DNA of 39,752 bases from Methanobacteriota archaeon (GTDB taxonomy: Archaea > Halobacteriota > Halobacteria > Halobacteriales > Halalkalicoccaceae). Shown one piece after another: positions 39,453-39,752 of the stretch (position 1 is the stretch's first letter; every line of letters begins with the position of its first letter). The notes beneath the pieces are model-generated. The model searched no databases and was not told the DNA's origin. It saw nothing but the letters and a program-made list of their open reading frames with translations. A program made the translations under genes and the position numbers. The stretch lies in the NCBI GenBank assembly GCA_022561895.1, contig JADFQH010000002.1, forward strand, positions 1-39,752. Direction: 5' to 3'.

Positions 39453-39752
39453 GTGACGCGGGCCGCAGCCCAGGTCATGGTGCGCGAGGCCGAGGCGCTG
39501 CTGCCCGAGGCCTACTACTGCGCCCAGGACCACAACCCTTACCTGATCGCCGACGACCCGGACCTGCCGGCCACCCACCCGCGCAACCGGGCCCAGGTGA
39601 GCGACAAGGGCTGCATCGCCCATGACCTCTTCGCCGAAGACTCGGCCTTGCGCGCGCTCTACGACTGGCCCCGCTTGCGCGCCTTCATCGCGGCGGTGCA
39701 GGGGGTGGCGCGGCTCTATCCCTACGCCGACCCGCTCGCCTCGCTCAACCTC
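39453..39752 (+). CDS. Fragment of ArpA/BesD-HalD-like Fe(II)/2-oxoglutarate oxygenase-halogenase; bacterial-type, probably chimeric
   Basis: EAEALLPEAYYCAQDHNPYL...HPRNRAQVSDKGCIAHD...LYPYADPLASLNL; non-acidic composition. Confidence 0.6.
   Translation, partial: MTRAAAQVMVREAEALLPEAYYCAQDHNPYLIADDPDLPATHPRNRAQVSDKGCIAHDLFAEDSALRALYDWPRLRAFIAAVQGVARLYPYADPLASLNL

Overview
Haloarchaeal DNA (acidic proteins, Orc1/Cdc6, haloarchaeal TA and ParA families). About 300 bp at each end looks bacterial and is probably a chimeric join: a PBP1A fragment on the left and an ArpA/BesD-HalD-like oxygenase fragment on the right. Left part: a truncated cdc6 gene with an adjacent putative replication origin, an asparagine-synthase-like gene, a thiamine ABC transporter (thiBPQ) and a universal stress protein. 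Next comes an orphan IS200/IS605 tnpB 3' end with its right-end hairpin (candidate omega/sotRNA). The centre (about 10.1-25.5 kb, minus strand) is an anaerobic respiratory gene cluster. It encodes a Tat-exported type II DMSO-reductase-family alpha/beta pair with NXR-like (Nitrospira/anammox/Nitrotoga-type) signatures rather than NarGH signatures, a TorD-type chaperone, a 4x[4Fe-4S] protein plus NrfD anchor (no heme gamma subunit), two Mrp proteins and a DmsR/NarO-type regulator. A shared promoter motif occurs three times in the cluster. Two toxin-antitoxin cassettes separate alpha from beta, together with a duplicated alpha 3' end and a duplicated promoter. The right part is plasmid-like: a MazF TA pair carrying an in-frame palindromic insertion, two ParA loci with short upstream repeats, tyrosine recombinases, an amidohydrolase, an HTH-PIN pair, an archaeal ATPase-nuclease and an IS4/ISH3-like transposase. 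All family assignments come from motif recognition; no database searches were run.
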